From: Sulfurospirillaceae bacterium
Lineage (GTDB): Bacteria > Campylobacterota > Campylobacteria > Campylobacterales > Sulfurospirillaceae
Assembly: GCA_033723415.1 (NCBI GenBank)
Contig: JAWVXD010000009.1
Span: 28,805 to 92,804, forward strand
Reading direction: 5' to 3'
DNA length: 64,000 nt
Positions 1 through 10,775 of the stretch are shown here, piece after piece; position 1 is the first letter of the stretch, and each line of letters starts with the position of its first letter. A model generated the notes under the pieces. The model was not told the DNA's origin, did no database searches, and saw only the letters and a list, made by a program, of their open reading frames with translations. The translations under genes were made by a program, and so were the position numbers.

Positions 1-275
1 TGATTTATCTTGTAATCTTCTAGTATTAAGCTCATGATAAAGTGCCAGATATCAATTACCTCTATGACAGCATTTTCCCAATCTATCGGAGCGTCAATAT
101 TTTTCCAGTGCTTCCAGTTGAAGCTGTCTATAAGTTCGGCGCACTCCATATAAATACATCTTTTCCAGTTTATCATTTTGTCGTTTTTTGTATAGCCGTT
201 TTCCCAACCTATTCCGTTAGTTTCATCATTTAATTTTTGTTGCAATAAAAACATCTCTTCTATATAATCATGCAT
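1..275 (-). CDS. dut: Dimeric (all-alpha) dUTPase, N-terminal part; runs off the window edge
   Basis: Not in the ORF track. My translation, MHDYIEEMFLLQQKLNDETNGIGWENGYTKNDKMINWKRCIYMECAELIDSFNWKHWK...EVIDIWHFIMS, resembles Campylobacter dimeric dUTPase. AAGGAG RBS upstream. Confidence 0.9.
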   Translation of the reverse strand, partial: MHDYIEEMFLLQQKLNDETNGIGWENGYTKNDKMINWKRCIYMECAELIDSFNWKHWKNIDAPIDWENAVIEVIDIWHFIMSLILEDYKIN

Positions 276-383
276 GTTGATTTCTCTCTCCTTAGCTTTT
301 AAGATATGCGGCGTAAATTATACCATTTATTTAAAAATAGTTTAATTACAGATGGTATAATATGCCAAATTTAAAGGATTTGT

Positions 384-749
384 ATGTGTTCAAATAGTTT
401 TAGAATCATTACGATGTTAATTTTCGCTCTTTTAGCTTTCATAACAAATCTTTTTATACCTAACATCCCTGTTTTAGTCTGGTATTTTGCTAATGCGAGC
501 ATTTTTTCATTTATACTGTTTGCCATAGATAAACTAAATGCCAAGAAAGATCGCATAAGAGTGCCTGAAAATAGTTTTCATTTTTTATCTCTTATCGGCG
601 GAACTATAGGTGTTATGCTGGGCATCATTCTCCTTAGGCATAAGCTTGGTAATAAAGGTTTTTTGGCTATCCAGTTTGCTATTTTTATAGTTTATCTCAT
701 CATTGCTTTTTTTGTCATCAAAAATTATTCCGCCATACTAGGCATATAG
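384..749 (+). CDS. DUF1294-family membrane protein
   Basis: FAIDKLNAKKDRIRVPE...SLIGGTIG...LRHK motif. Confidence 0.8.
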   Translation: MCSNSFRIITMLIFALLAFITNLFIPNIPVLVWYFANASIFSFILFAIDKLNAKKDRIRVPENSFHFLSLIGGTIGVMLGIILLRHKLGNKGFLAIQFAIFIVYLIIAFFVIKNYSAILGI

Positions 750-758
750 AAGTATTTT

Positions 759-1163
759 ATGGATGCTAGAATTTTAGAATTCATAACAAAACATCATGTA
801 CTTAGTTGTTCTTTCAGTCTAGGGGATGAAGTTTACAGCGCTAGTTGCTTTTATGAGTTTTTAGATGATCCTGCAAGATTTATAGTCGCTTCCAGCGGTT
901 CTACAAAGCATGTCAATATGGCAATACAAAATAACAATGTAGCAGGTACGATCCATCTTGAGACAAAAGAGATCGGCAAGATACAAGGCATCCAATTTCA
1001 AGGTGTTTGGGGAAAAGCTGATATGAAAGAAATACAAGCTTACCTCAAAAGATTTCCTTATGCTGCTGCTATGCTCCCTAAACTTTGGCATATTAATATT
1101 ACATATATAAAATTCACCGATAATAGATTTGGCTTTGGTGAAAAATTAGAATTTTTTGTATAA
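759..1163 (+). CDS. Pyridoxamine 5'-phosphate oxidase-like protein (YhbP/UPF0306)
   Basis: HHVLS, SASCFY, TKH, VAGTI, IQGIQF, KFTDNRFGFG motifs. Confidence 0.75.
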   Translation: MDARILEFITKHHVLSCSFSLGDEVYSASCFYEFLDDPARFIVASSGSTKHVNMAIQNNNVAGTIHLETKEIGKIQGIQFQGVWGKADMKEIQAYLKRFPYAAAMLPKLWHINITYIKFTDNRFGFGEKLEFFV

Positions 1164-1183
1164 TATAAACCAAAGGATTATTT

Positions 1184-2359
1184 ATGAGAAAATTAGCAAT
1201 CATTGTCTTGTTTGCAAGTTTACTTTTATCTGATACCATACCTCTTTCAAATGAGAAAATAGAGCTTCTCAAACTTCAAAGACAAAAGATCGAACAAGAT
1301 ATCAAAAAAGGAACTAAAAGTTGGATATCGCCTGTGAGCATCTCAGTAAGTGCAACGAAAAGTCAAGATGCTTCTAGTGCTACCAGTGAAGTGAAAAGTG
1401 CAGGTTTGGGCTGGAATCAAGATATATTTCGAAGTGGCGGGATCGAGTACAGTATAAAGAGCGCAAAAGATATCGGTGCCGTAAATTTGCTTGGAATTGA
1501 TATAAACGAAGCAGCATATATCAAACAGGCATATACGCTAAAAGCTCAGATCGAGAGGGATAGATTAACTTATAGGCAACAAGAATTAACTCTCAAGAAT
1601 AGTGATATCAATCTTCTGATAATAAAGGCAAAATACAAAGCCGGAAGTGCCGATATCACTGATCTAAGCAGATCAACGATAGATAGAGACAATGCCAGAA
1701 AAAATCTTATAGCTACGAAGAATATTTTACAAAATGAGCTGTTTGGACTCAAAAAACTCATAGGAAATAAACAAATTGACACTATTAAACTGCCGAATAT
1801 CCAGCTATTATCGGAAAAAGAATATATCAAAAATAATCTAGAATTACTCAAATACAGAGCTATGGATCAAAGTAATAACACAAGTTTGCAGCTTACTAAA
1901 TCTTCATATATGCCAAAACTTACTTTCGGAGCAAGTGCAGGTTACAGCAACTATAAAGGCAATATAGTAGGTTACAGCGGAGATCATTATAGTTATGGAT
2001 TGACACTGAGTATGCCTCTTGATATCAACAATAAAGCGACTATAGAGTCTGCTAGATTAGAGTATCTACAATCAAAAGAAGCAGGAATTGACAGGAAGTT
2101 GGAATTAGAACAAGAATATCAAATGCACATGAACAACATAGCTGATTTTAAAGAAAAAATATCTGTTGCAGAAGATATGATGAAGATGTATGATGATCTA
2201 TATAGTTTTACGGACAAGCAATATAAGGCGGGTTTTAAATCAGCTTATGATCTTGAGTCGTTAAAAAATTCTTTACAGATACAAAAATTAGAAAAACAGA
2301 TAGAAGAATACAATATAATAATAGAAAAAATCTCACTCTATTTTGATACAAAATTTTAA
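1184..2359 (+). CDS. TolC-family outer membrane efflux protein
   Basis: Signal peptide, repeated YKAG motifs, SYMPKLTF and GLTLSMPL strands; first gene of an efflux operon. Confidence 0.8.
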   Translation: MRKLAIIVLFASLLLSDTIPLSNEKIELLKLQRQKIEQDIKKGTKSWISPVSISVSATKSQDASSATSEVKSAGLGWNQDIFRSGGIEYSIKSAKDIGAVNLLGIDINEAAYIKQAYTLKAQIERDRLTYRQQELTLKNSDINLLIIKAKYKAGSADITDLSRSTIDRDNARKNLIATKNILQNELFGLKKLIGNKQIDTIKLPNIQLLSEKEYIKNNLELLKYRAMDQSNNTSLQLTKSSYMPKLTFGASAGYSNYKGNIVGYSGDHYSYGLTLSMPLDINNKATIESARLEYLQSKEAGIDRKLELEQEYQMHMNNIADFKEKISVAEDMMKMYDDLYSFTDKQYKAGFKSAYDLESLKNSLQIQKLEKQIEEYNIIIEKISLYFDTKF

Positions 2360-2366
2360 AGGAATT

Positions 2367-3578
2367 ATGATGGAAGATCTAAAGAAAGTTGTCGAATACA
2401 AAGGCAGCTCTATCAAATGGAAATTTATTTTTGTAATCTTCTTGATCATGATAGGAGTAGGCGGATATTTTCTCTACAAGTCAAAAACACAAAATGTAAC
2501 TTATCATTACGTGACGCAGCCTCTGAAAGACGGTAATTTAACTATAACTGTATCGGCTACGGGTAATATACAGCCGATGGAAAGTGTTCAAGTAGGAACA
2601 GAAGTCTCAGGAACGATAGAAAAAGTTTTTGTATATTACAATGACAAAGTAAAAAAAGGAGAACCTTTAGCTCAACTTGATAAGACTAAATATCTCAGTA
2701 ACTTGAATCAAGCAAAAGCATCTCTTCAAGCTTCCAAAGCATCTTTAGAAAATATGAATGCAAAATTAAATCAAGCAAGTCAAGTGATAGAAAGAGATAA
2801 AAGCTTGAAAAAGAGCACAAAAAATGCACTGCCTTCAAAAAACGATTGGGATACCGATTGGGCAAATTATTTGGTTGCAAAGGCACAAGTAGCAAATGCA
2901 AAAGCACAGGTCAATCAAGCTAAACAAGTGCTATCATCTTCTCAATATGATTATGAGCGAACGACGATATATTCACCGATTGACGGAACGATCTTAATAC
3001 GCAATATAGATCCGGGGCAAACAGTAGCTGCATCTTTTCAAACTCCGGTACTGTTTCAAATAGCAAAAGATCTAACCAAAATGCAGCTTCAGGTCAATAT
3101 AGACGAAGCAGATATTGCCAAAGTAAAAGCCGGGCAAGACGTTACATTTAGTGTAGATGCTTATCCGAATAGAAAATTTAAAGCCAAAGTTAATCTGGTT
3201 AGAGTCAATTCCGTTATAGTAGACGGTGTCGTGACTTACATAGCAGAGATCAATTTTGACAATTCCAATCTTCTTTTAAAGCCGGGTATGAGTGCTGATG
3301 CTGAGATAGTTACAAAGAATCTATCCCATGTATTTATAGTGCCAAGGTCTGCTATGCTTTATATACCTATAAATCCGACAGCAAAAAAAGTATTTGGATT
3401 TTCTAAAAAAGAGAAAGAAAAGGTAGATCAAAAGCCTCATGTCTGGATTTTGAAAAACAACAAGCCGGAAAAAGTTTATGTTAAAGAGTTGGGCAATAGC
3501 GGCTCAGACGCGGCTATTTCATCAGATGGTTTGCACAAAGGTGATCCTATCATCGTCATGCAAGAAAAAAGCAAATGA
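2367..3578 (+). CDS. macA: MacA-like periplasmic adaptor (membrane fusion protein)
   Basis: N-terminal TM, VSATGNIQP, VKKGEPLA, IYSPIDG, PGQTVAASFQTP, LKPGMSA. ATG after AAGGA preferred over the TTG at 2343. Confidence 0.8.
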   Translation: MMEDLKKVVEYKGSSIKWKFIFVIFLIMIGVGGYFLYKSKTQNVTYHYVTQPLKDGNLTITVSATGNIQPMESVQVGTEVSGTIEKVFVYYNDKVKKGEPLAQLDKTKYLSNLNQAKASLQASKASLENMNAKLNQASQVIERDKSLKKSTKNALPSKNDWDTDWANYLVAKAQVANAKAQVNQAKQVLSSSQYDYERTTIYSPIDGTILIRNIDPGQTVAASFQTPVLFQIAKDLTKMQLQVNIDEADIAKVKAGQDVTFSVDAYPNRKFKAKVNLVRVNSVIVDGVVTYIAEINFDNSNLLLKPGMSADAEIVTKNLSHVFIVPRSAMLYIPINPTAKKVFGFSKKEKEKVDQKPHVWILKNNKPEKVYVKELGNSGSDAAISSDGLHKGDPIIVMQEKSK

Positions 3579-4255
3579 TAAGTCTACGAAATGTAACCAA
3601 ATCTTATGGCAAAGGTGATGCCGTCAGTGTCGTTTTAAAAGGTATAGATCTCGATATAGAAAAAGGTGAGTTTGTTGCTATTATGGGACCAAGCGGTAGC
3701 GGGAAGTCGACTCTGTTAAATATATTGGGTGCTCTTGATGTTCCGACTTCCGGGAATTATAAATTTTTGGATGCTGATATCATCTCTTTAAGTAAAGACC
3801 AATTGGCACTTTTTCGCCGTTATATATTAGGTTTTGTTTTTCAAGGTTTTAATCTTTTAAAGAAAACATCTTCTTTGGAAAATGTGGAAATGCCTCTGAT
3901 ATATCTTTCTATCAATGCAAAAGAGCGTAAAAAAAGAGCTTATGAGGCTTTGAAAAACGTGGGTTTGGAAGATCGCGTTCACTACGATCCGGGTCAACTC
4001 TCAGGCGGGCAGCAGCAAAGAGTAGCTATAGCAAGAGCAATGGTCACAAAACCTCAGGTTCTCATAGCCGATGAGCCGACGGGAAATTTGGATACAAAAA
4101 GAAGTATTGAGATCATGCAACTCATAAAGAATTTCAATGATGAGGGCATAACCGTTATAATGGTCACACATGAAGAAGAGATAGCGGCATTTGCTTCCAG
4201 AACGATTCATATGCGTGATGGCATGATAGAGAAGGATCATAAAAATGCTCTTTAA
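3575..4255 (+). CDS. ABC transporter ATP-binding protein, MacB/LolD type
   Basis: GPSGSGKST, LSGGQQQRVAIARA, ADEPTGNLD, VTHE. Confidence 0.92.
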   Translation: MISLRNVTKSYGKGDAVSVVLKGIDLDIEKGEFVAIMGPSGSGKSTLLNILGALDVPTSGNYKFLDADIISLSKDQLALFRRYILGFVFQGFNLLKKTSSLENVEMPLIYLSINAKERKKRAYEALKNVGLEDRVHYDPGQLSGGQQQRVAIARAMVTKPQVLIADEPTGNLDTKRSIEIMQLIKNFNDEGITVIMVTHEEEIAAFASRTIHMRDGMIEKDHKNAL

Positions 4256-5459
4256 TGCCTTTTTACAAGCGATGCGAGAGATCAGACGTAATCTTATGCG
4301 TTCATTGCTCACTGCCTTGGGCATTGTCATCGGCATTGCATCTGTCATAGCTATGGTAAATATAGGTAAGGGAGCAAGTGAATCGATAACTCAAAGCGTG
4401 AGTGAATTAGGCAGTAATACACTTTTTATCATGCCTGGACAACAACACGGCGGTCCCGGAGGAAGTTCTTCTATAGTCAAAGCTTTTAAGATGAGAGATA
4501 TAGATGTGCTAAGAAATTCTATATTTTCGCTTTCCGGCATATCTCCATCAGAAAATGCTTCTCTTACGGTCCTTTATAAAGAGCAAAATTATCAAACCAC
4601 GATTTCGGGAGTAAATAATGACTACTTTAGCATACACAGCTGGGGTTTAAAAGATGGCAGGTTTTTCAATAAAAGTGAATTGAGAACAGGAAAAAATGCC
4701 TGTGTCTTAGGACAGACAGTCGTCAAAAAATTATTTGGCTCCGATCAGTCACCTGTCGGTAAAAAGATCCGTTTGCAAAAATTTTCTTGTGAAGTCATCG
4801 GCACTCTGAAGGCAAAAGGCGCAAACACATTTGGCAGAGATCAAGATGATATAGTCCTTGTACCGATCAAAATGTTCTTACGCAGAATAAGCGGCAATGA
4901 AAATCTACATCTCATCATGGCCTCAGTCAAATCAAATATACCGTTAGAAGAGGCAACGCTTCAGATAGAACAGCTGATGCGAGAGATTAGACACGTAAAA
5001 CAAGGTGCAGAAGATAATTTTTCCGTAAGAAGCATGGCTGCACTTTTGGATACTATCGGTAAGATAACTTCTGTACTGACTATTATGTTAGGTGCAGTTG
5101 CTGCAATCTCTTTGGTAGTCGGAGGCATTGGAATCATGAATATCATGTTGGTTTCCGTGACGGAGCGTACAAGAGAGATAGGAATCCGTATGGCAGTAGG
5201 AGCCATGGCAAAAGATATCTTGATTCAGTTTCTTATTGAAGCTGTCGTGCTCTCAGCACTTGGAGGTATAGTCGGGATCTTATTTGGACTAGGTATTACG
5301 GTTATGGTTTCTAGTATTATTCATATCAATCTTATAATTGATCCGACTATTACTGTAGTCGCCTTACTGTTTTCGATGCTGATAGGAATAATCTTTGGGA
5401 TATTGCCGGCTCGAAAAGCGGCAAATATGAATCCGATAGATGCGCTCAGATATGAGTAG
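4245..5459 (+). CDS. MacB-type ABC permease
   Basis: RSLLTALGIVIG, VGGIGIMNIMLVSVTERTREIGIRMAVGA, PIDALRYE. Confidence 0.92.
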   Translation: MLFNAFLQAMREIRRNLMRSLLTALGIVIGIASVIAMVNIGKGASESITQSVSELGSNTLFIMPGQQHGGPGGSSSIVKAFKMRDIDVLRNSIFSLSGISPSENASLTVLYKEQNYQTTISGVNNDYFSIHSWGLKDGRFFNKSELRTGKNACVLGQTVVKKLFGSDQSPVGKKIRLQKFSCEVIGTLKAKGANTFGRDQDDIVLVPIKMFLRRISGNENLHLIMASVKSNIPLEEATLQIEQLMREIRHVKQGAEDNFSVRSMAALLDTIGKITSVLTIMLGAVAAISLVVGGIGIMNIMLVSVTERTREIGIRMAVGAMAKDILIQFLIEAVVLSALGGIVGILFGLGITVMVSSIIHINLIIDPTITVVALLFSMLIGIIFGILPARKAANMNPIDALRYE

Positions 5460-5482
5460 AAGCCACGTATTATATGGCTTCT
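5458..5482. terminator. Hairpin between convergent permease and luxS
   Basis: AGAAGCCA-N9-TGGCTTCT inverted repeat. Confidence 0.5.
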
Positions 5483-5487
5483 GATTT

Positions 5488-5988
5488 TTAGATTTTGGAT
5501 AGATCCAGTTTTAGATCTTCATTATTCATGACTCCGACATCTTTGTCTAGAATCTTTTTTGCGATTTGCTTCGCTTCATCTAAAGAGTGCATTTTATATG
5601 AACCACACTGATAAAGATTTAGCTCAGGTATATCTTTTTGATCTTTTACTTCCAATACGTCTTGCATAGAGTCTTTCCAAGCTTTTGCTACTTCAGTTTC
5701 TTTTGGATCTCCTATCAAACTCATATAAAAACCTGTGCGACATCCCATAGGTGAGATATCAATGATCTCTACTCCTTCGCGGTTTAGATGATCTCTCATA
5801 AATCCGGCAAAAAGATGCTCCAAAGTATGGATTCCTCTCTCCGGAAGCATATCTTTGTTTGGTTGGCAAAAACGCAGATCAAAGACCGTTATCTCATCTC
5901 CGGATGGTGTTTTCATATGTTTTGCAACTCTTACTGCAGGGGCTGGCATTATTGTGTGGTCTACTGTAAAACTGTCAAGTAACGGCAT
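5488..5988 (-). CDS. luxS: S-ribosylhomocysteine lyase (AI-2 synthase)
   Basis: [30 protein letters not shown]. Confidence 0.98.
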   Translation of the reverse strand: MPLLDSFTVDHTIMPAPAVRVAKHMKTPSGDEITVFDLRFCQPNKDMLPERGIHTLEHLFAGFMRDHLNREGVEIIDISPMGCRTGFYMSLIGDPKETEVAKAWKDSMQDVLEVKDQKDIPELNLYQCGSYKMHSLDEAKQIAKKILDKDVGVMNNEDLKLDLSKI

Positions 5989-6110
5989 AAATTATTCCTT
6001 CTTTTATATTTTTTTGCATTATACTAAAATCATTGATATAGCTCAATTAGAATTGTATATTTTTTTATTATAATACAAAGTTCAAATAAATCTACTTAAA
6101 GGAAAAAAGA

Positions 6111-6305
6111 ATGGAAATCAACAATATGCAAGTTTGCAATGTCTGTTTATCACCGAGTGATGATGGAAATAAACGAGTTTATGTAAAAGCAATGTGTGAA
6201 GGTGAGGAAGTCCATATTTGTACTTCTTGTATACCAAGAGTCATACATGAAAGCGGTGAGTTAGTCAAAACAAACGAGGAAGTTAAAAAATCATTATCTC
6301 TGTAA
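6111..6305 (+). CDS. Small Cys-rich hypothetical protein (CxxC...CxxC)
   Basis: AAGGA RBS, upstream TATAAT, CNVC and CTSC motifs, terminator downstream. Confidence 0.7.
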   Translation: MEINNMQVCNVCLSPSDDGNKRVYVKAMCEGEEVHICTSCIPRVIHESGELVKTNEEVKKSLSL

Positions 6306-6311
6306 AAGTGT

Positions 6312-6335
6312 AGCGGAGAGGTTTCCCTCTCCGCT
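6312..6335. terminator. Bidirectional intrinsic terminator
   Basis: AGCGGAGAGG-TTTC-CCTCTCCGCT between convergent genes. Confidence 0.8.
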
Positions 6336-6343
6336 GTTATTTA

Positions 6344-9300
6344 TTATTCTACTTCGTTAGAATAGTCAGCTTCTGCCATTCTCTTTAATTGTCTCCATCT
6401 GAATTTCGCATCGTTTTTGTTCTTTTCAAACATTGCCGCTGCATGTTCCGGATGTGATTTTTTCAATGAAGCATATCTTACTTCGTGCATCAAGAAATCT
6501 TCATAAAGATCCCAATCAGGCTCTTTACCGCTGATCTTGATAGGATTTTTGCCTTCTTTCATCAATCTTGGATCGTATGTATAAATCGGCCAGTATCCAC
6601 ATTTTGTTGCTAGTTCTGCCTGATTTCCAGATTGTGCCAATCCACCTTTGATACCGTGAGCGATACAAGGAGAGTAAGCAATAACCAAAGAAACTCCAGG
6701 ATACTCTTCAGCTTCCTTCATGACTTTTAAAGTTTGAGCTTGAGAAGCATTTGAGTTGATCTGTGCAACATAGATATTACCGTAAGTCATAGTGATATAA
6801 CCGAGGTCTTTTTTCTGTACCGGTTTACCTGAAGCAGTAAATTCAGAAACAGAACCGCTTCTAGATGCTTTTGAGCTTTGTCCTCCGGTGTTCGAATACA
6901 CTTCTGTATCAAGAACCAAGATATTGACATCTTCGCCGCTTGCACTTACATGATCTAATCCACCGTATCCGATGTCATAAGCCCAGCCGTCGCCGCCTAC
7001 TATCCATTGAGATTTTTTAGCTATGTATCTCTTTAGCGTATAAAGTTCTGCGATACTTGGGATATCTAAATGCTCTTCTAGAAGAGGCACTAATCTATCT
7101 CTTATTTCTGCTGTTTTAACTCTGTCATTTTTATACTCAAGGAAGTCTTTATATAGAGCTGCTATCGCATTTGGAACTTCTTGGATAGAGTTTGACATGA
7201 TGTTTGCAACTCTATTTCTAATAGTCTCATTTGCTATATGCATACCCATACCAAATTCTGCATTATCTTCGAACAATGAGTTAGCCCATGCAGGTCCGTG
7301 TCCTTTTGCATTTGTCGTATATGGAGTTGATGGCATTGATGCACCATAGATCGAAGAACAACCTGTTGCATTTGCTATCATCATGTGATCTCCGTATAGT
7401 TGCGTAGCCAAGTTAATATACGGTGTTTCACCACAACCAGGACATGCACCGTGGAACTCTAGTAAAGGTTGAGCAAATTGTGAACCTTTAACGGTTGATT
7501 TGTTTACAAGATCATCTTTATAAGTCACTTCTTTAAATAGGTAGTCTGCATTTTCTTGCTCACCTTTGTCAAGTTCTTGATTTATAGGAACCATGACCAA
7601 AGATTTTTCTTTTGTAGGACAGATTTCAACACAAAGATCACATCCTGTACAATCTAGTGTAGAGACTTGAATTTTGTATTTTAGACCTTTAAGTTCTTTA
7701 CCTTTTGCTTCTAAAACATGGTTCTTAACGCCGACAGGTGCATTTGCAAGTTCTTCATCATTGATCAAGAATGGTCTGATAACAGAGTGAGGACAAACAA
7801 AAGCACACTGGTTACATTGGATACAAGTATCTTCATGCCACTCAGGAACCATTGTTGCAACGCCTCTTTTTTCTGTTGCAGTTGAGCCGTTTTCTGCCGT
7901 ACCGTCTGGTCTTTCATAAAATACAGAAACCGGAATTTCATCACCGAGGGCTGCATTCATAGGTTTACAGATTGTCTCAACATATTTGCTTCCTGTATAT
8001 TTACTAGGAACTGCCAGTGATATCTCATCTTTGAGGTTAGCCCAAGCCGGATCTACTGTGACTTGCTCTAGTCCTGCTTCTCCGCTGTCAATAGCTTTGT
8101 AGTTCATCTGAACTATATTTTCACCTTTTTTGATGTATGATTTGTGAGCGAACTCTTTCATAAAAGTTTTAGCTTCTTCATAGTCTATGATATTTGCCAA
8201 TTTAAAAAATGCTGATTGCATTATAGTATTTGTTCTATTTCCTAGTCCGATATCACGTGCTATCTTAGTAGCGTTTATAACATAAAATTTTGCATTTCTT
8301 TCAGCCAAAATTCTTTTTACTTTATTTGGAATTCTTTTTGCTGTTTCTTCTGCATCCCAGATAGAGTTCAATAAGAATGTACCGTTGTTTTTGATACCGC
8401 CGACAACATCGTATATGTCAAGATAAGCTGCAACAGAACACGCAACAAAGTCAGGTCTTGTTACAAGATAAGTTGATCTGATCGGAGTTTTACCGAATCT
8501 CAAGTGGCTTCTTGTGTAACCGCCTGATTTTTTTGAGTCGTATGCAAAATAAGCTTGTGCATATAAGTCTGTCTTGTCACCGATGATCTTTACAGAGTTT
8601 TTATTTGCTCCGACAGTACCATCAGCTCCCAGTCCATAAAATAGACACTCGACTATGCCTTCTCCGCCAAGTGACATATTTTCACCGGAAGTAAGCGATT
8701 TGAAAGTTACGTCATCTACTATACCTATAGTAAAATCTGTTTTTGGTTCTTTTTCTTCTAGATTTTTGTAAACAGCTATGATCTGAGCAGGATTTGTATC
8801 TTTTGAAGACAATCCATATCTTCCGCCGACTACTATCGGAGCATCTTCTTTCCCGTAAAATGCTGATTTTATATCTAAGAAAAGTGGTTCACCTAGGCTT
8901 CCAGGCTCTTTTGTTCTATCTAGTACTGCAATTTTTTTGATAGTCTTAGGAAGAACGGCAAAAAAGTGCTTTAAGCTAAATGGTCTATATAGATGTACAT
9001 TTACAAGACCGACTTTTTCACCTTTGCTTCTCAAGTGATCTATAGTTTCTTTTATAGTTTCGTTTACCGATCCCATAGCGATTATAACTCTATCAGCTTC
9101 AGGGTCTCCATAATATACGAACGGCTTATATTCTCTTCCGGTTACTTTCGAGATCTCATCCATATAATCAGCTACAATATCAGGTACTGCATCATAAAAT
9201 TTGTTTTGTGCTTCTCTTCCTTGGAAGTAGATATCATCGTTTTGTGCTGTTCCTCTAGTTTTTGGTGCTTCTGGATTCAAAGCTTCATCTCTAAATTTTG

Positions 9301-9901
9301 CAACTGCTTCTTTATCTAAAAGTCTGTCATAAACTGCATAATCCATTACTTCGATTTTTTGAATTTCATGTGATGTTCTAAATCCGTCAAAAAAATGTAA
9401 GAAAGGTACTCTACCTTTTATGGCTGCAAGGTGAGCAATTCCTCCTAAATCCATCGCATCTTGAACTGAACTAGAAGCTAGCATTGCAAATCCGGTTGCA
9501 CGAGCGGAACAAACGTCTTGGTGATCTCCAAAAATAGAAAGTGCATGAGTTGCTAATGATCTTGCTGCAACGTGTATTACGGCTGGTAAAAGTTGTCCGG
9601 CCATTTTGTACATATTTGGAATTTTTAATAATAATCCTTGTGATGCTGTATAAGTTGTTGTCAATGCTCCTGATTGAAGTGATCCATGAACTGCTCCGGC
9701 TGCTCCGCCTTCACTTTGCATCTCTACCACTTTAACAGGCATTCCGAATAAATTTTTCTTTCCTTGCGATGCCCACATATCAACGTGATCTGCCATAGGT
9801 GAAGAAGGTGTTATCGGGTAAATCCCGGCAACTTCCGTAAAAGCATAAGAAGCATAAGCTGCTGCTTCATTTCCGTCCATCGTTTTCATGACTTTAGCCA
9901 T
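6344..9901 (-). CDS. nifJ: Pyruvate:ferredoxin/flavodoxin oxidoreductase, single chain
   Basis: MDGNEAAA, YPITPSS, two ferredoxin motifs (CIQCNQCAFVCP, CTGCDLCVEICP), GACPGCGE, GGDGWAYDIG. Confidence 0.98.
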   Translation of the reverse strand: MAKVMKTMDGNEAAAYASYAFTEVAGIYPITPSSPMADHVDMWASQGKKNLFGMPVKVVEMQSEGGAAGAVHGSLQSGALTTTYTASQGLLLKIPNMYKMAGQLLPAVIHVAARSLATHALSIFGDHQDVCSARATGFAMLASSSVQDAMDLGGIAHLAAIKGRVPFLHFFDGFRTSHEIQKIEVMDYAVYDRLLDKEAVAKFRDEALNPEAPKTRGTAQNDDIYFQGREAQNKFYDAVPDIVADYMDEISKVTGREYKPFVYYGDPEADRVIIAMGSVNETIKETIDHLRSKGEKVGLVNVHLYRPFSLKHFFAVLPKTIKKIAVLDRTKEPGSLGEPLFLDIKSAFYGKEDAPIVVGGRYGLSSKDTNPAQIIAVYKNLEEKEPKTDFTIGIVDDVTFKSLTSGENMSLGGEGIVECLFYGLGADGTVGANKNSVKIIGDKTDLYAQAYFAYDSKKSGGYTRSHLRFGKTPIRSTYLVTRPDFVACSVAAYLDIYDVVGGIKNNGTFLLNSIWDAEETAKRIPNKVKRILAERNAKFYVINATKIARDIGLGNRTNTIMQSAFFKLANIIDYEEAKTFMKEFAHKSYIKKGENIVQMNYKAIDSGEAGLEQVTVDPAWANLKDEISLAVPSKYTGSKYVETICKPMNAALGDEIPVSVFYERPDGTAENGSTATEKRGVATMVPEWHEDTCIQCNQCAFVCPHSVIRPFLINDEELANAPVGVKNHVLEAKGKELKGLKYKIQVSTLDCTGCDLCVEICPTKEKSLVMVPINQELDKGEQENADYLFKEVTYKDDLVNKSTVKGSQFAQPLLEFHGACPGCGETPYINLATQLYGDHMMIANATGCSSIYGASMPSTPYTTNAKGHGPAWANSLFEDNAEFGMGMHIANETIRNRVANIMSNSIQEVPNAIAALYKDFLEYKNDRVKTAEIRDRLVPLLEEHLDIPSIAELYTLKRYIAKKSQWIVGGDGWAYDIGYGGLDHVSASGEDVNILVLDTEVYSNTGGQSSKASRSGSVSEFTASGKPVQKKDLGYITMTYGNIYVAQINSNASQAQTLKVMKEAEEYPGVSLVIAYSPCIAHGIKGGLAQSGNQAELATKCGYWPIYTYDPRLMKEGKNPIKISGKEPDWDLYEDFLMHEVRYASLKKSHPEHAAAMFEKNKNDAKFRWRQLKRMAEADYSNEVE

Positions 9902-10109
9902 AATGTTCCCCTTTGTTAAATTTCATTTTATTACAATATAAATAGTTAACCCAATGATTGCGCCTATTGTACTTTTTGCAATCTTAATAATTTATTAATG
10001 GGTTATTTTATCTCATATTAAATTAAGAATCTAGCGATAAAAAACACTAGTTTACTTTTTTTATACTATCTAAATAGTATGACAATTTTATAATAAATTC
10101 TTAGATTTT

Positions 10110-10748
10110 TTATAAATTTCCCCGTATAAACTTAACTGCGTCATGTGAATTTTGATGTATGTTAGAAGTTGTAGATTCTAATGCATCCTTTGTCCCGTAT
10201 CCGCAAAGAACGGCACAAGTTTTGATCCCTGCTTCATTTGCACTTAACATATCCATCGGAGTATCTCCTATCATCCATGCAAATTCTTTATTGCAGTTTA
10301 ACAATGATAATGCCTTGAGTACAGGCTCAGGGTGAGGTTTTGGGTTTTGAACGTCTTCTCTACCTATTATAACTGTAAAATAGTGTAAGATTCCCAAATG
10401 CTCTAGTAGTTCTATCGAGTATCTTTTTGTTTTAGTTGTGACTATGCCCAAGGTTGAAAATCGTTTAGCTTCTTCCAGTGCTTCTTTTACATAGGGTAAA
10501 AGTGTAGTTTGTTCGCTTGAGATCTTTCTATAATGTTTTTTATACTCAGCGATAATTGAATCTATTTGACTTTTTTGAACGCCCAACTCTTCGTACATGA
10601 TATCAAGAGGATGCCCTATAAGAGATTTGATTAATTCATCGTTTGGGGATTTTATATCAAAGTATTTAAAGCTAACATGAAAGCTCTCTAGTATAGCATC
10701 TGTTGAGTCTATAAGCGTACCATCTAAATCAAAAAGTATCGTCGTCAT
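10110..10748 (-). CDS. HAD-family hydrolase (phosphoglycolate phosphatase-like)
   Basis: FDLDGTL, KPHPEP, IGDT motifs. Confidence 0.88.
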   Translation of the reverse strand: MTTILFDLDGTLIDSTDAILESFHVSFKYFDIKSPNDELIKSLIGHPLDIMYEELGVQKSQIDSIIAEYKKHYRKISSEQTTLLPYVKEALEEAKRFSTLGIVTTKTKRYSIELLEHLGILHYFTVIIGREDVQNPKPHPEPVLKALSLLNCNKEFAWMIGDTPMDMLSANEAGIKTCAVLCGYGTKDALESTTSNIHQNSHDAVKFIRGNL

Positions 10749-10775
10749 ATCGTGTCCTATTAATTTTTCGCAAAA

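Noticed and set aside
42..233. Plus-strand 63-aa ORF and the other short antisense ORFs in the track
   Set aside because: They are shadows of well-supported genes on the opposite strand or frame (here dut), with no motifs of their own.
6344..9901. nifJ and the NifX-like gene as evidence of nitrogen fixation
   Set aside because: NifJ is the ordinary pyruvate oxidoreductase here, NifX-like domains occur outside nif clusters, and no nifHDK is present.
9947..10005. Inverted repeat TAACCCA...TGGGTTA upstream of nifJ
   Set aside because: Only 7 bp with a long spacer in AT-rich DNA; cannot be told from chance.
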